Positions 51,086-62,094 of a stretch of DNA of 64,000 bases are shown here, in pieces. The notes below the pieces were generated by a model. That model was not told the DNA's origin. It did not search any database and saw nothing but the letters and a program-made list of their open reading frames with translations. The DNA lies in IMG/VR virus record IMGVR_UViG_2061766007_000718, one strand, 5' to 3'. This DNA comes from an uncultured virus (IMG/VR IMGVR_UViG_2061766007_000718) (lineage: Duplodnaviria > Heunggongvirae > Uroviricota > Caudoviricetes). The translations under genes and the position numbers were made by a program. The stretch's first letter is position 1, and the number at the start of each line of letters is the position of its first letter.

Positions 51086-53509
51086 TTACATCTTACTCAG
51101 ACGATCATAGATGTCACTTATTTGCCCAGCCATCTTGTCAACTTGTGATTCTAAATTATCATGTCTTAACACAAGAACAGACTGGTTGTCATCAACACCT
51201 TCTATTGAACTTTGAAGTTGCAGTTTCGTACTTTCAAGATTAGCATTATTCGCAGAAATCATTTCATAGTTATTTGTGACAGCAACGCCTAAATCAATTA
51301 TCGAATGTGTAAATTCGTCAATCCTGCTTTTCTTTCGCTTTACATTGCTAATCTCTATTGTCGGAGAGTTTTCATTGTTATAGGGACGCTTAACATTGAC
51401 TATTCTGAAAGTACGCGCTGGCGTCATAAACGAACTGTCCTGTATCTTCAAGCATAGTCCGGAACTTAGTCCCTGATTGATTGTATCGTTGTTGTTCATG
51501 AACGTGCCGTCAACTTCAACAGAATAGGTTGTGCCGTCTGCCTGATACTCTGCCAACTGCTTTACTGCTTCCTTGAAAAGTTTTAACTCTGATGCTCCGA
51601 TATATGAAGCTGGCATTTCACAATTAACTATTACATAGTGGTCGCCAACTGCTGGGTGCAATGTAGCATTGGGTACATCGACTCCGCCAATTTGAATTTG
51701 TCCAATCGTGAAATTCTTGGTATATTCTTGAATATTGCCAGTTACATAAGTTCTTATATGCGCTCTATACGCATTTGTCAATGTTCCTGTTACTACTAAT
51801 GTAAAGGTAAGCTCTATTACCAATTCGTATGTTCCTGATGTTAATTCTTCTGTTCTTACAATGGCATACCCATCATCAATTTTACATGAAGTAGGCCAAT
51901 AACTATTGGGGTTGAGGTTATATGGTAGATTCTGGCTGAATACCTCACTATTACCCTTCTTTAGATAACATCTTGCAGATAAGGTCGTTTGTGGAAGAAA
52001 TTCCGTAACAAAATTCAAATTGAAATAAGGATTGATATTGAAACTTACACTCTTTGTTCCACTAACGGTAAAACTATGTACAGTTCGGCTATAAGTGTAT
52101 TGAGTGTTTTGTGCCATAGGATAAAAGATAGTTCCATCCGAACTATCTGGTGCTGTCTTTAACAAATGATAGTTTCCTGTGTTGCCATACTCCACATTAA
52201 ACTCCATGCCAGCCAATGCTCCGTCCTGGAAGATTATCTTCATGCTCTGTTCTCTCAAAGCGGTGTAATCAAAATTTAATGAAGAATCTGTGATAACATA
52301 TAAGTCTCGATTATCGGTTGTCACTCCCGAAACCGTACCTACTCTGCTTGGATATACATCTGGGAAACTGGCGGTTTCCTCCCTTTCAAATCCGTTCATA
52401 GTTCCGAGTTTCATCACAGCCGTTCCATTCTTAGAAGCAACATACTCAACATATCCAGCAGGGACAGAATAATTGTCATAACGTTCCCTATATACACCTG
52501 ATACTGGAAGAAAATCTACTCCGTTATAGAGCAAAATCGCCCTGCACATAAAACTACCACCGTTAATATTATGGTCCACTGCAACTGGCATGTGAAGCAC
52601 ATTGGATTCATAATCGTTTGTTCCGTATGTGATAATGTTCTTTTCAGAGCCTACTACATGCAGAACACCAACAATATCTTGTGCGCCTGTTGCCTTGATT
52701 GACTTCAAGCCATTGTACTTGCCATACATTAAGGCTGTGCTGTTCTCTGCCGTGTCCGAATATAACCTTATACCATATCTGCCGCTTTCATCTACCCACG
52801 GAATACCACCGCCATTAGGAATGTAGAAATAGTCAAGCAATTCGAAATTGTAGTTGTAGGCGTGTCCGTATAGTTCCGACAACTGTTCAAGCGCATCTGC
52901 ACAAGTTATGCTGTCGTAGGATATGGTCTTTAAGTCGCTACTTGCCTGCCAGAACGGAGAAGCATTGTAAGTTGATGCACCGGCATAATTGGACCTATAT
53001 GCAGTTCCAGAGAACTGACCCAAATATATTTTCAAAATGTTATCATCGTTTATATCCCAATCAACGACACTTCTTATTACACATTCGAGTTGCTGCAACT
53101 CAGTACCAGTAAGAGAGAATGTAACGCTTTTGGTCTGCGGATCCTTTACGAACTTTCGTCTATATTTCTCTCTCCAAGCATTATAAAACTTCAATGTGTA
53201 TTCGTAATGGGTTTCCGAATACTTTGTAAAAGTAGGCTCTTCAAGTGTAACTATGTTGTCTTTTCTTGACAGACTGCCGCCAAGACCTACTTTGATATAA
53301 AGATGATGCTCCAACCGCGAATACTTCTTGAAGTCGTAGTAGTGGTCTAACTTGAAGTGCAACTCAATGAATGTGCTGTTCTGGTAGCTGTCCTGATAAT
53401 AGGAACTATCGTCTGCTTCAATCTCTACTATTTCGTAGCCTTGCGGAAAAGTCGGCTCATTGTTCGCCATGCCAGTTTCCAAATACTTAGGCGGATAAAT
53501 CTTTGTCAT
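51086..53509 (-). CDS. Tail tip / baseplate hub protein
   Basis: 807 aa, DVYPSRVGTVSGV and IIFQDGALAGMEF motifs; follows the Dit-like gene and TMP. Confidence 0.75.
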   Translation of the reverse strand: MTKIYPPKYLETGMANNEPTFPQGYEIVEIEADDSSYYQDSYQNSTFIELHFKLDHYYDFKKYSRLEHHLYIKVGLGGSLSRKDNIVTLEEPTFTKYSETHYEYTLKFYNAWREKYRRKFVKDPQTKSVTFSLTGTELQQLECVIRSVVDWDINDDNILKIYLGQFSGTAYRSNYAGASTYNASPFWQASSDLKTISYDSITCADALEQLSELYGHAYNYNFELLDYFYIPNGGGIPWVDESGRYGIRLYSDTAENSTALMYGKYNGLKSIKATGAQDIVGVLHVVGSEKNIITYGTNDYESNVLHMPVAVDHNINGGSFMCRAILLYNGVDFLPVSGVYRERYDNYSVPAGYVEYVASKNGTAVMKLGTMNGFEREETASFPDVYPSRVGTVSGVTTDNRDLYVITDSSLNFDYTALREQSMKIIFQDGALAGMEFNVEYGNTGNYHLLKTAPDSSDGTIFYPMAQNTQYTYSRTVHSFTVSGTKSVSFNINPYFNLNFVTEFLPQTTLSARCYLKKGNSEVFSQNLPYNLNPNSYWPTSCKIDDGYAIVRTEELTSGTYELVIELTFTLVVTGTLTNAYRAHIRTYVTGNIQEYTKNFTIGQIQIGGVDVPNATLHPAVGDHYVIVNCEMPASYIGASELKLFKEAVKQLAEYQADGTTYSVEVDGTFMNNNDTINQGLSSGLCLKIQDSSFMTPARTFRIVNVKRPYNNENSPTIEISNVKRKKSRIDEFTHSIIDLGVAVTNNYEMISANNANLESTKLQLQSSIEGVDDNQSVLVLRHDNLESQVDKMAGQISDIYDRLSKM

Positions 53510-53510
53510 A

Positions 53511-54677
53511 CTAAACTAATGTTGGTGTGTTATAAACTTTGAATGTCAACGAGAAATCCCAGTATATCTGAGTGTAATTGCCATTCTTCTGTATGTGGAA
53601 TTTTTTGCTGTTGCACGATTCGTAGTAGCATTGGAGTTGCAAGGTCTTTTTATACCCTATGTCTAAACGAATATACTGCCAAAATCCGAACAGATTTTCC
53701 GTTGTATCTCCGTCAGAAACTCCACCAGTATATTCTGTTGGAACTAAACCTCTGAACAACTCCCACAGCAAGGCTTGGTAGTTAATCCAGAAAATCAGTC
53801 GCGATGGTGCCCGTAGCAGGCAGTTGAGAGTTATCGAATAACCTGCCGTGCTTGTCAATGCCCTTATAGTCTGCCCTGCTGAAAATTCCGATGTGATGTC
53901 GTAGCTTGTTTTCAACGATGGCTTTCCCTGCACCGATAAACTTGTCCCTCGTAGCAAACACACGCCATACCTCAACGAATTTATCAAGGCTACACCTCCA
54001 TTAGTTACAGATCTGCCAATATAAAATGGCTGTCCGTTATACTTCAAGTGATTTCCTGTCTGCTGGTCTATTACATCGCTGTCGAGCCAAGCAGGATTCA
54101 GACTAAACGCAGCTCTGTATCTGCTTGCATTCGAATCCCAGGTCATAGACATAACATTGACAGGTATAGTCGGCTTGTCAATCGTGAAAGTGTAGGTAAT
54201 GGAATGCTGTGTGGCGAGTTCTTGAAATTCGCTCACATAGTTAACCTTGGGGGTTACAATACGCAATGTGATAGGCGGAAACGCATCAACGGAAGTTGCA
54301 CCAAAGTAGGTCAAGGTATGTGTTGCACTTGCAGTCATAAACGAATGAAATGCTTCAAAGCTGTCGTACTGACTTTTCTTGCAGTAGAATGTCAGGTCGA
54401 ATGTTTTGCTTGCTGGGAGCAAGACTCTGTTGAAATCAACATCAAGTCCGCTGTGTTCGTCCCATTCGTTGTACTGAACTCCTTTCGAGTTTGGAAACTG
54501 CAATATCTTCGCATAACTGCCATCGGCAAGGTAAACGCCATATTCCTGCGCTATGTCGTAGCCGTCTATAAGTATTGCAGGAATGTTCTCTGCCGGCAAT
54601 ACAGGAATTACAGGTCTGATTTCCTGTAGCAAATCCTGACTGCTGTCGTATATCGGGTAAATGTTAATAGCCGCCAT
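53511..54677 (-). CDS. Distal tail-like protein
   Basis: IDGYDIAQEYGV...NEWDEHSGLDVD; directly after the TMP. Confidence 0.7.
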   Translation of the reverse strand: MAAINIYPIYDSSQDLLQEIRPVIPVLPAENIPAILIDGYDIAQEYGVYLADGSYAKILQFPNSKGVQYNEWDEHSGLDVDFNRVLLPASKTFDLTFYCKKSQYDSFEAFHSFMTASATHTLTYFGATSVDAFPPITLRIVTPKVNYVSEFQELATQHSITYTFTIDKPTIPVNVMSMTWDSNASRYRAAFSLNPAWLDSDVIDQQTGNHLKYNGQPFYIGRSVTNGGVALINSLRYGVCLLRGTSLSVQGKPSLKTSYDITSEFSAGQTIRALTSTAGYSITLNCLLRAPSRLIFWINYQALLWELFRGLVPTEYTGGVSDGDTTENLFGFWQYIRLDIGYKKTLQLQCYYESCNSKKFHIQKNGNYTQIYWDFSLTFKVYNTPTLV

Positions 54678-54678
54678 A

Positions 54679-57600
54679 TCAGTTCATTCTTATTCCGTTG
54701 TTAACAATATCTTGCATATAACCGTTCATCGCGTCAATCTTTCCGCTGATGTTCTCTTGGAATCCTCGTATGTCGGACACATCGCGCATTATGCTTGTGC
54801 TGTTCTGGTAGAGCCTTTCAACCGAACCGCTAATGCTTGCCGTGAACATCTGAACAGACAAGAACCTGCCGTTANNNNNNNNNNNNNNNNNNNNNNNNNN
54901 NNNNNNNNNNNNNTTCCCTTCGTTCCTTCAAGCGCTATGTCGTTGGCAAGTCCCATAGATTCCATAAGGTTGGCGTAGAACTTTTCTCCTCGTTCTGCTA
55001 ATGCCGTAATCTTGTTTTGGAATTCCACTTGCTCCGCTTCAGAAAGTCCATCACCGGTTATCTGTTCGTAGTAGTCGTTGAATATGCCCTCGAACTGCTT
55101 GCTCATAAAGTCTGACAGAAACTTCTGCTTGGCAAAGTTCTTTAGCATATCCTCCCAAGTACCCATCGCTTCATCAGCAGCACTTGTTCCGTTCTCCCAC
55201 GCCTTGATTATTGCATTGCCGAATGCAGTGACAGCATCAGAACTTGTGGAATATCCAGTAAGCATTTCCATACGCCTTTCCTGTTCGTCTGTAATCTTCT
55301 TCTGGGTTTCAAGGATTCTTTCATCTATTTCGGCAATCTCACCTTCCAGTTGTTCCCTTTGCTCTGTGGTAAGATTTCCTTTTAGCAACTCCTTCAACTC
55401 TTCTTTTTCTTTATTGAGAGCCTCGATTTCTTCATTAAACTTTCTCTCAATGAAATTGGAATAAGCGACAGCGGTCAAGCCTACGCTATTGTCGCGAACA
55501 TTTGATAGCCTTTCTATCATATCTGCAATCTTGTCAACCGCCTCGTTACCTTTTTTTTCTAGAGCGTCAATATGTTCTGTAAACATAGCATCAGACCATT
55601 TGATAGTATTGCTAATCAGATTAGTGACCATTCCAATAGCGGAAGCTGCTGCTCCGACATAGTTGCCTTGTGCTGCATTCTGAATGATATTAAGACCATC
55701 GGAAAACATCTGGAGACTTGTTTCCATTGCCACCTTTTCAGAATCTGTCATATCATCAAATGCTCCGGCTAAATCCGCTACGGCATCAGTCATTTCCTTG
55801 ATTTTGCCTATGGTTTCGTCTGTCGTCTTGCCAAATATCTTCTCCGAAATAGACGTATCTTCTTCTGTCTCCTCCTGAGTATTTGCTATCGCTTCATTTA
55901 CCGCATTCAATGCCACTGTCAATTTATTAACTTTCTCTACATCATCTTCATCTGTACAATTTTCGAGTTCTTCAGCTAAATCATTAGCAAGTTCTATCAT
56001 GCTTTCTAAACTAACTCCAAGTGTTCCAGTAAGTATTAACGATAATTGTCTCACCTGCTCTGGATCAAGACTTTCATTCAATGCTTCTACTTGCTTGTTG
56101 TAATCTTTTGTAACTGCATCAATAACTGACTTATTTGCTCCATTCTTTTCAAGTTTAGCAATCTTATCATTCTTTTCCTTGGTCAACTGGACATACTTGT
56201 CGGCATAGGACTTGTATTTGTTCAACTGCTCATCATAAATTTTGGCAGTCTCTTCCTTAATTTTATTTGCAGTTTCAACCTCCTTGTTGTTAGATATTTT
56301 TTCGTGCATTTCTTCTTTTGTAAATCTGCCTTGCTTCTCCCTCTGTTCCGAAATGTACTTGTCTATTTCCGACTGCACAGCAAGCGGGTGCTGCTTCTTA
56401 TAGTCGTATGTGAGAAGTTCAACCCACTTGTCATCTATCTCCTTGTAGGTGGCATCAAGAGCTGCAATCTCCTTGTCCTTTGCCTCGTTGAGTTGGTCCG
56501 TAATCTGCTTTACCCTGTCGGCTAGATACTTTGCAGTTTCACTCTTCTTGTTCTTCAATGAAGTTTCAAAGAATTTATCCTGCCTTGCTGCATTGTCTTC
56601 CAGTGACTTCTGATACCTTGATGTTTCTTCGTCAAGTCTCTTCTGTTCTGCCGTTATACGCTGGTTGAGGTCTTCAAGTTTCTCTTTATCTTTTTTCTTT
56701 CCGCTATCAGCAATATTGTCCTCGTTGGCATCTATCTTGGCTCTTTCTTTTTTCAAATAGTCAAGATAATCGGTGCCGTATGCTTTTAGTTTCTCATATT
56801 TCTGACGACCACTTTCTGCAATCTGCTTGTCAGAAGATGCCATTTGCTCAAAGGCTTCCTTGTAAGCCTTTGACATCTTATCCAATTCATTTTCATTCTG
56901 CTTGGTACTTGCAGTAAACTTGTCGCTTGCATCCCTCGCCTCGTCAAGCGGTTGCCTTAGATTGGAGAGTGTTTCCATTTCCGATTTCAACCCTGCTTCA
57001 AATGCTTCTGCAGTACGACCTAAATCGGCTTTGATATTCGATACTACACCTTGAATTCCATTGGTAGCTGCCCTATATTCTTTTTCATCAGTAGTCCTCT
57101 GGGCGTGCATATAATGAGCAAGCAAATCTACCTGATCTTGCGTAACACCATATTCTTCCTTGAGGTTTTCTAATGCTTCCTCCCTGTCATCATAACTAAG
57201 ACCGTTGATTCTTCTGATTTCTGTTTCAACAGCAAGCTGATCTGCTCTTGTTTCTGCAAGCCTCTTGGCATATTCATCGGCAATGGCTTGAGACTTTGCG
57301 ACTTGCATCCATACAGTTGCCAAATCCTTTACCTTGTCAATATTTTTGATGAGCCAATCGCGAGAAACCCCCAACTTTTTTGCTGTACTATCTACGGCAT
57401 CAGTCCATTCCCTTGTTCCTTTCTTAGCCTTGTCAATTGTGGTAATGTTTCTCTGCATCTCAACTATATCCTGCTGGACGCTTCGTACACCTTCCGACCT
57501 TGCTTCGTTGAGAAGTTGCTGATTCTTTATCCTCTGCTGTTCAAGATAATCGCCACGCTCTTCCTCGTCGTTTGCTTGAACAATAAGTGTAATGAGAGTA

Positions 57601-58660
57601 ACTAATGCCGAAATTGCCGCCAATATCCAACCTATCACAGGTATAGACTTAATGGCAACTCCTACTGCCTTGATACCACCGACCAATCCGACTGATGAAG
57701 CTGTAGCGACATTCTCTCCGGCTGCAAATGCCGTGGTTGCTGCCGTTCCCGATGCTGTTNNNNNNNNNNNNNNNNNNNNNNNNNNNNNNNNNNNNNNNCA
57801 GTTTTCATTTTGGTCCACAGAGTACTCAGTTTCATTCGCAAAGCACTCTCTTTCTGCAGTTGGTTCTGGATGACTGTTAGGGAATTTGTCAAGGCTAATA
57901 CTCCCTGCAACTTTGTCATAACAACAGCAAGTTCCTCCGAGTCTTCACCAAACAGAGCCATAGAACCCTGAACAGCGCCAAACGAAGCTGCCATAAGGTT
58001 TATTCCTCCTACAGCAGCATCCAAGTTGCCAGTATCACTTGCCGTGTTCTTTATCGTTGAGTTGACATCATCCATTGTGTCGCGAAGAGCACCAGCCTTT
58101 TGTGTGAGTTCATCAATCTTCATTTTTAGAGCCTGACCTTCCGCACTTGCCTGTTCTGCAGCAGACATTTCTCGGTACTTCATAAGCAGATTGCCAAGTT
58201 CTATTGTGGTTTCACGCAACTTTGCCTTTAAGGTTTCATCTGCACTACCCGAAGCCATCTTGTCCCGTTGAGCATTGAGTTCTTTAAGCTTGTCGTACTG
58301 CTCATCGTATTGCCCGGAGAGTTGTATTTCAGATTCTATCAGATTCTTGATGGCGTCTTCCGTTTTCTTCATATCGATATAAAGGACACTACCAGCATCA
58401 AAGTCCCCTGCTGCAAATGCAGACTGCAGTTCTCCAAGTCTTTTTTGAAGCCTCTCAAGTTCCTTGTCCTTATTCTCCAGTTCTGTGCTTGTGGCACTCA
58501 TAGCATTCTTTACTGATTCTATTTCCTTGTCAAGTGCCTTGAATGCATTAGAACCGGAAGTTCCTACAGAATCAAGATTCGCCTTTATTCCAGCGATTTC
58601 TTCCTGCATTTTCTGTATGTCGAACTTAATTTCAAATATGAGTTCATTTGAATCTGCCAT
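54679..58660 (-). CDS. Tape measure protein (one gene across two gaps)
   Basis: About 1300 aa helical, Ala-rich protein with TM segment IPVIGWILAAI; position in the tail operon. Confidence 0.85.
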
Positions 58661-58684
58661 CTTCGTAATGTTTAAATTTCCCAA

Positions 58685-58719
58685 CAAAAGTAAAAGGACG
58701 GTGTTTTAAAGTCAAACAC
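58685..58719 (-). promoter_or_regulatory. Late-type promoter of the TMP operon
   Basis: GTGTTT-N7-AAACAC at 58701-58719, 8 nt spacer, TACTTTTG. Confidence 0.75.
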
Positions 58720-58723
58720 TTTC

Positions 58724-58935
58724 AAAAATGACGGACGACACTATATTATGGGTAGCCGTTAATATACATTAATAGCCTTTAATAGCCTTTAATAGCCTCT
58801 TCAAAACAGGCTATTTAACAATAACACCACACAATTGCCCATTGTGGGGGTAATGTAGGGTAAAATGTAGGGGTAAATGTAGGGTAAATGTAGGGTAAAA
58901 AATGACGGACGACACTAACAAAAGCATCGTCCGCC
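58724..58935. repeat. Intergenic repeat block and terminator
   Basis: 20 bp direct repeats flank (TAATAGCCTT)x3 and about five AATGTAGGGTA-type units; GGACGA/TCGTCC hairpin. Confidence 0.8.
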
Positions 58936-58976
58936 GTGATAATTATGGAGATACATCTACTGGTAAGAAAGCCGTA

Positions 58977-59644
58977 TCAGTTGAACAGCGACAGGTACGC
59001 GCTACGGCCTTCCTCGCTGTCTATGTCAACGCTATCGTCCTTGTCGTAATCGTAACTCGGCAACACCGATTCGTACAATATCAGATTGGCGTATGAAACT
59101 TCGTACAACGCATAGTCGAAACTTACATTGAACGACTTTACAAAACCTGCGACTACTGCCCAGATACTGTCGTTTGGTTCGTCTTTCCGTCCACTTCCCT
59201 TCTTGCCTTTAGAAGATTTATTTCTATCAGGGAAGTGGTAGTTACGAAAAAATACTCAACCTGCAAACCGTCGAGAAGTGCGCGAAGAGCAAGGTTGATT
59301 TCTATCTGCGTAGCCTTGTCTGTTATTATTCTAACAATCCTACGGAATCTAATCCTGTATAGCAGTCCCTTGTGCTTCTTTCCTCCAAGCAGCATTGCTG
59401 CAATCACCTTTGCTATGGACGAGCAGTCGGAAGCAATAGACAGGCTGTCGAATACTGGATTTTTACCTTCCATCTTGAACTTCGGAAGTTCCGATATATA
59501 CCTGCTCGCATCTATCAGCGTTGCAAGTGTCGGCTTGGCGGNNNNNNNNNNNNNNNNNNNNNNNNNNNNNNNNNNNNCCTGAAGTATGGCACTCGCCACC
59601 TTGCTTTCAAGCGTTTCTTTTTCCTTGTTGATTTCCTTTTGCAT
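58977..59644 (-). CDS. Tail assembly chaperone G (59153-59644) with -1 frameshift extension GT to 58977
   Basis: Slippery T TTT TTC at 59246-59252; the -1 frame is open to TGA at 58977. Confidence 0.8.
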
Positions 59645-59731
59645 ATTCGGTCATTTTTGATTTTTGAAATTGTAAAAATCTTGGGGATTGCTCCCCAAGA
59701 CAAAATAATAGTTATGAGAAAAGAAGTACTC

Positions 59732-60478
59732 CTACTGAGATGCACCAGCCTGTGTCACTTCAATGACAACTTCGCTTCCCCAACTGTCTTTTAGTACAAG
59801 TTTACCTGTACGCGGACTGGTTGACGAGTTGCCACCAGTGCTTGCTTTGGCTTTTGGCGTTACGCTGTTGGTTGATATTGTAGCATCGAGCCAAGCATCA
59901 GTTTTGCTTGTGTCAACAGAAACAGTACCAACAGCATCGCTCATAGTGATTGCCGGAGAAGCAGAAGAACCTGCCGCGGCTGCTACACTTGCTGAATATG
60001 CACTTGCCGACATAGCCTTGAACTTCTGCATCATAGTTCCTGTAGTAGGAACGAGAGCATCAAAGGTATATGTGGTTGTAGTACCGTCTGCTGGCGTGTA
60101 CTGGTCTGTTGCTGATACAGATGCACACTTGAAAATGAAGCCTGGCAATGTCCCGTCCTCTGGAATCAGACGAAGAGCATAGTTGTCGAGGATTACACCG
60201 TCAACATCTTCTATTGGTTTCACAAAGTCCTTACCATAGTGGTAGATGTCAAACGCCAACGAATAGGTTGACTTGCCGTGCTTGGTATCAATTACTGCAC
60301 CACCTTCTTCTTTTGCCTCGGTCTTGTCTCCAGCCGTAGTTGTCAGGCTTGTAGAATTTTCCTTTATCTTGTAGTTATTGGAAATGTCAGTCCATACAGC
60401 GTTGTCTGACGGGTGCGTTTCCGCAGGTCCCAACTTTGTAATGAAAATTTTGGGTTTGCCCCATGTTATTTTTGACAT
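59732..60478 (-). CDS. Major tail protein with C-terminal BACON-like domain
   Basis: ITWGKPKI, IKENSTSLTTTAGDKTEAKEEGG; WL...RTGKLVL...VTQAG. Confidence 0.85.
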   Translation of the reverse strand: MSKITWGKPKIFITKLGPAETHPSDNAVWTDISNNYKIKENSTSLTTTAGDKTEAKEEGGAVIDTKHGKSTYSLAFDIYHYGKDFVKPIEDVDGVILDNYALRLIPEDGTLPGFIFKCASVSATDQYTPADGTTTTYTFDALVPTTGTMMQKFKAMSASAYSASVAAAAGSSASPAITMSDAVGTVSVDTSKTDAWLDATISTNSVTPKAKASTGGNSSTSPRTGKLVLKDSWGSEVVIEVTQAGASQ

Positions 60479-60499
60479 AATTCTATAAATTTTAAGTTA

Positions 60500-62073
60500 C
60501 TAAATCAAATTCTTGAATCTCAATTTCAACGAAACGAAATGCTGTTTTATCTCTCTCTCCTCAATGGTCATAATCATTCCGCTCTTTTCAAAACGCACAT
60601 CGTTGCCGATATTCATTTTGTCTGGAAGCGAAATGAGAACCTGTTCAAGTTCCTTGCACCGTGCAGTGTCCTTGTAGAACATTCCGTTGCCAGCCTTGAT
60701 GTCTGGAACATACACATTGACTACGACAGCGCCCTGTTGCATCTGCTCTGATGTGCCTGTGACGAATGCGACAACGCAGTCTTCCTGCTTGCTGTCGAGT
60801 GGTCTGGTATCGCGCTTGTAGCAGTCTCCACCGATTGCCGAGGCAAGTTCCGACCTTACCCTTGCAAATACCAAGTCCTCTATCATCTGTCCAGTGTACT
60901 CCATAGCCTTATGCCTCCGTGTCCTTCAAGTCAATTGTCATACCGCCATTATTTAAGCCTTGCACAAGTCTCTTTGCAACTTCGGAAGCCTCTATTGATG
61001 CTCCTTCAATCACATCGTAGCCCCTGCGCTCAACCGCTGCTGCATAGTTCATTCCAGCAACAACGACAAGTACGAATGGTGCAGTTTCCTGCTGTGCAAC
61101 CTTCTGTGCAAGTGCAAGTCCGACTTCTCCGCCGTTAAGTTCAACATTGTTCTTGTTGTTCTTGGCCGGAACTTGCTCGAAAGCACTTCTCAATGCAAGT
61201 TGCCCGTTCTTGTATATGACATAGCCAATAGAAGAACGCAAATTGCCAGTCTGGTCCTTATAGGTGTCAAGTGTCTTCGCATACGCAATGGCCTTTTCCC
61301 CAGCATATTCTAGGAGATTGATAATTCTCTCCTCAACACTCGCCACATACTGGAGAACCGTTTGTTCCACCTTGTCAGTTCCTTTCAGGTTGCACTCAAT
61401 CATAATCAGATCCAAATTACTATCGTCCTTGTCAAGTCGTAGAACTCTATCCTTTGCACGGTAAACGAACCCAAGTCGCCTTTCCTGTCGTGAATTATGG
61501 AAATGTCGGTAGGTTTGAATTTCACTGGCACATCGTCATAGTCAAGACTGACCTCGTAACTTGCGTTTGTGTATCGCCCGTCATCATAGCGACCTTTCTT
61601 GTCTTCTGAAAGAGCATCTATGAAAACACGAACTTTGCGCAAATTGCCTTCTTCCTTACGCATAGGATTACCATCAGCGTCAAAGGAGATTTCGCGGTCT
61701 GTTGACCTGCCGTAGTTCATTATGCCGTTTGTGAACAACTTCATACCTACCAAGTATCCATAATTACTACTTTCGGAGAATTGCCGCTTTCCCCAATCAA
61801 AGGTTCGCCATACTCTTCATATATGGCGTTGGCAGTGCCTTCAAGAGCACTTACGCTCGCCTGCGTTACACTTCCACCCTGATTGAGATTTACCATCGTG
61901 ACTACATAGCGAAGCATATCAGCGTATGCAAGCCTATATGCACGGCTGTTGGCAATTTCCTCGGTAAAGTCTTCCTCCGTATCGGAAAATCCGCGAGCGA
62001 TGAGACGCGATTCCGCATTCCCATCACTCAACGGATAATTGACCGAATATTTAAGGGCTTCAAGAATAGTCAT
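60500..62073 (-). CDS. Four head-tail joining / tail completion genes (60500-60904, 60909-61415 HK97 gp10-like, 61406-61753, 61747-62073)
   Basis: YKDQTGNLRSSIGY and AGMNYAAAVE in 60909-61415; synteny between capsid and tail tube. Confidence 0.8.
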
Positions 62074-62094
62074 TCCGTTCCGCTTTAATTATTA

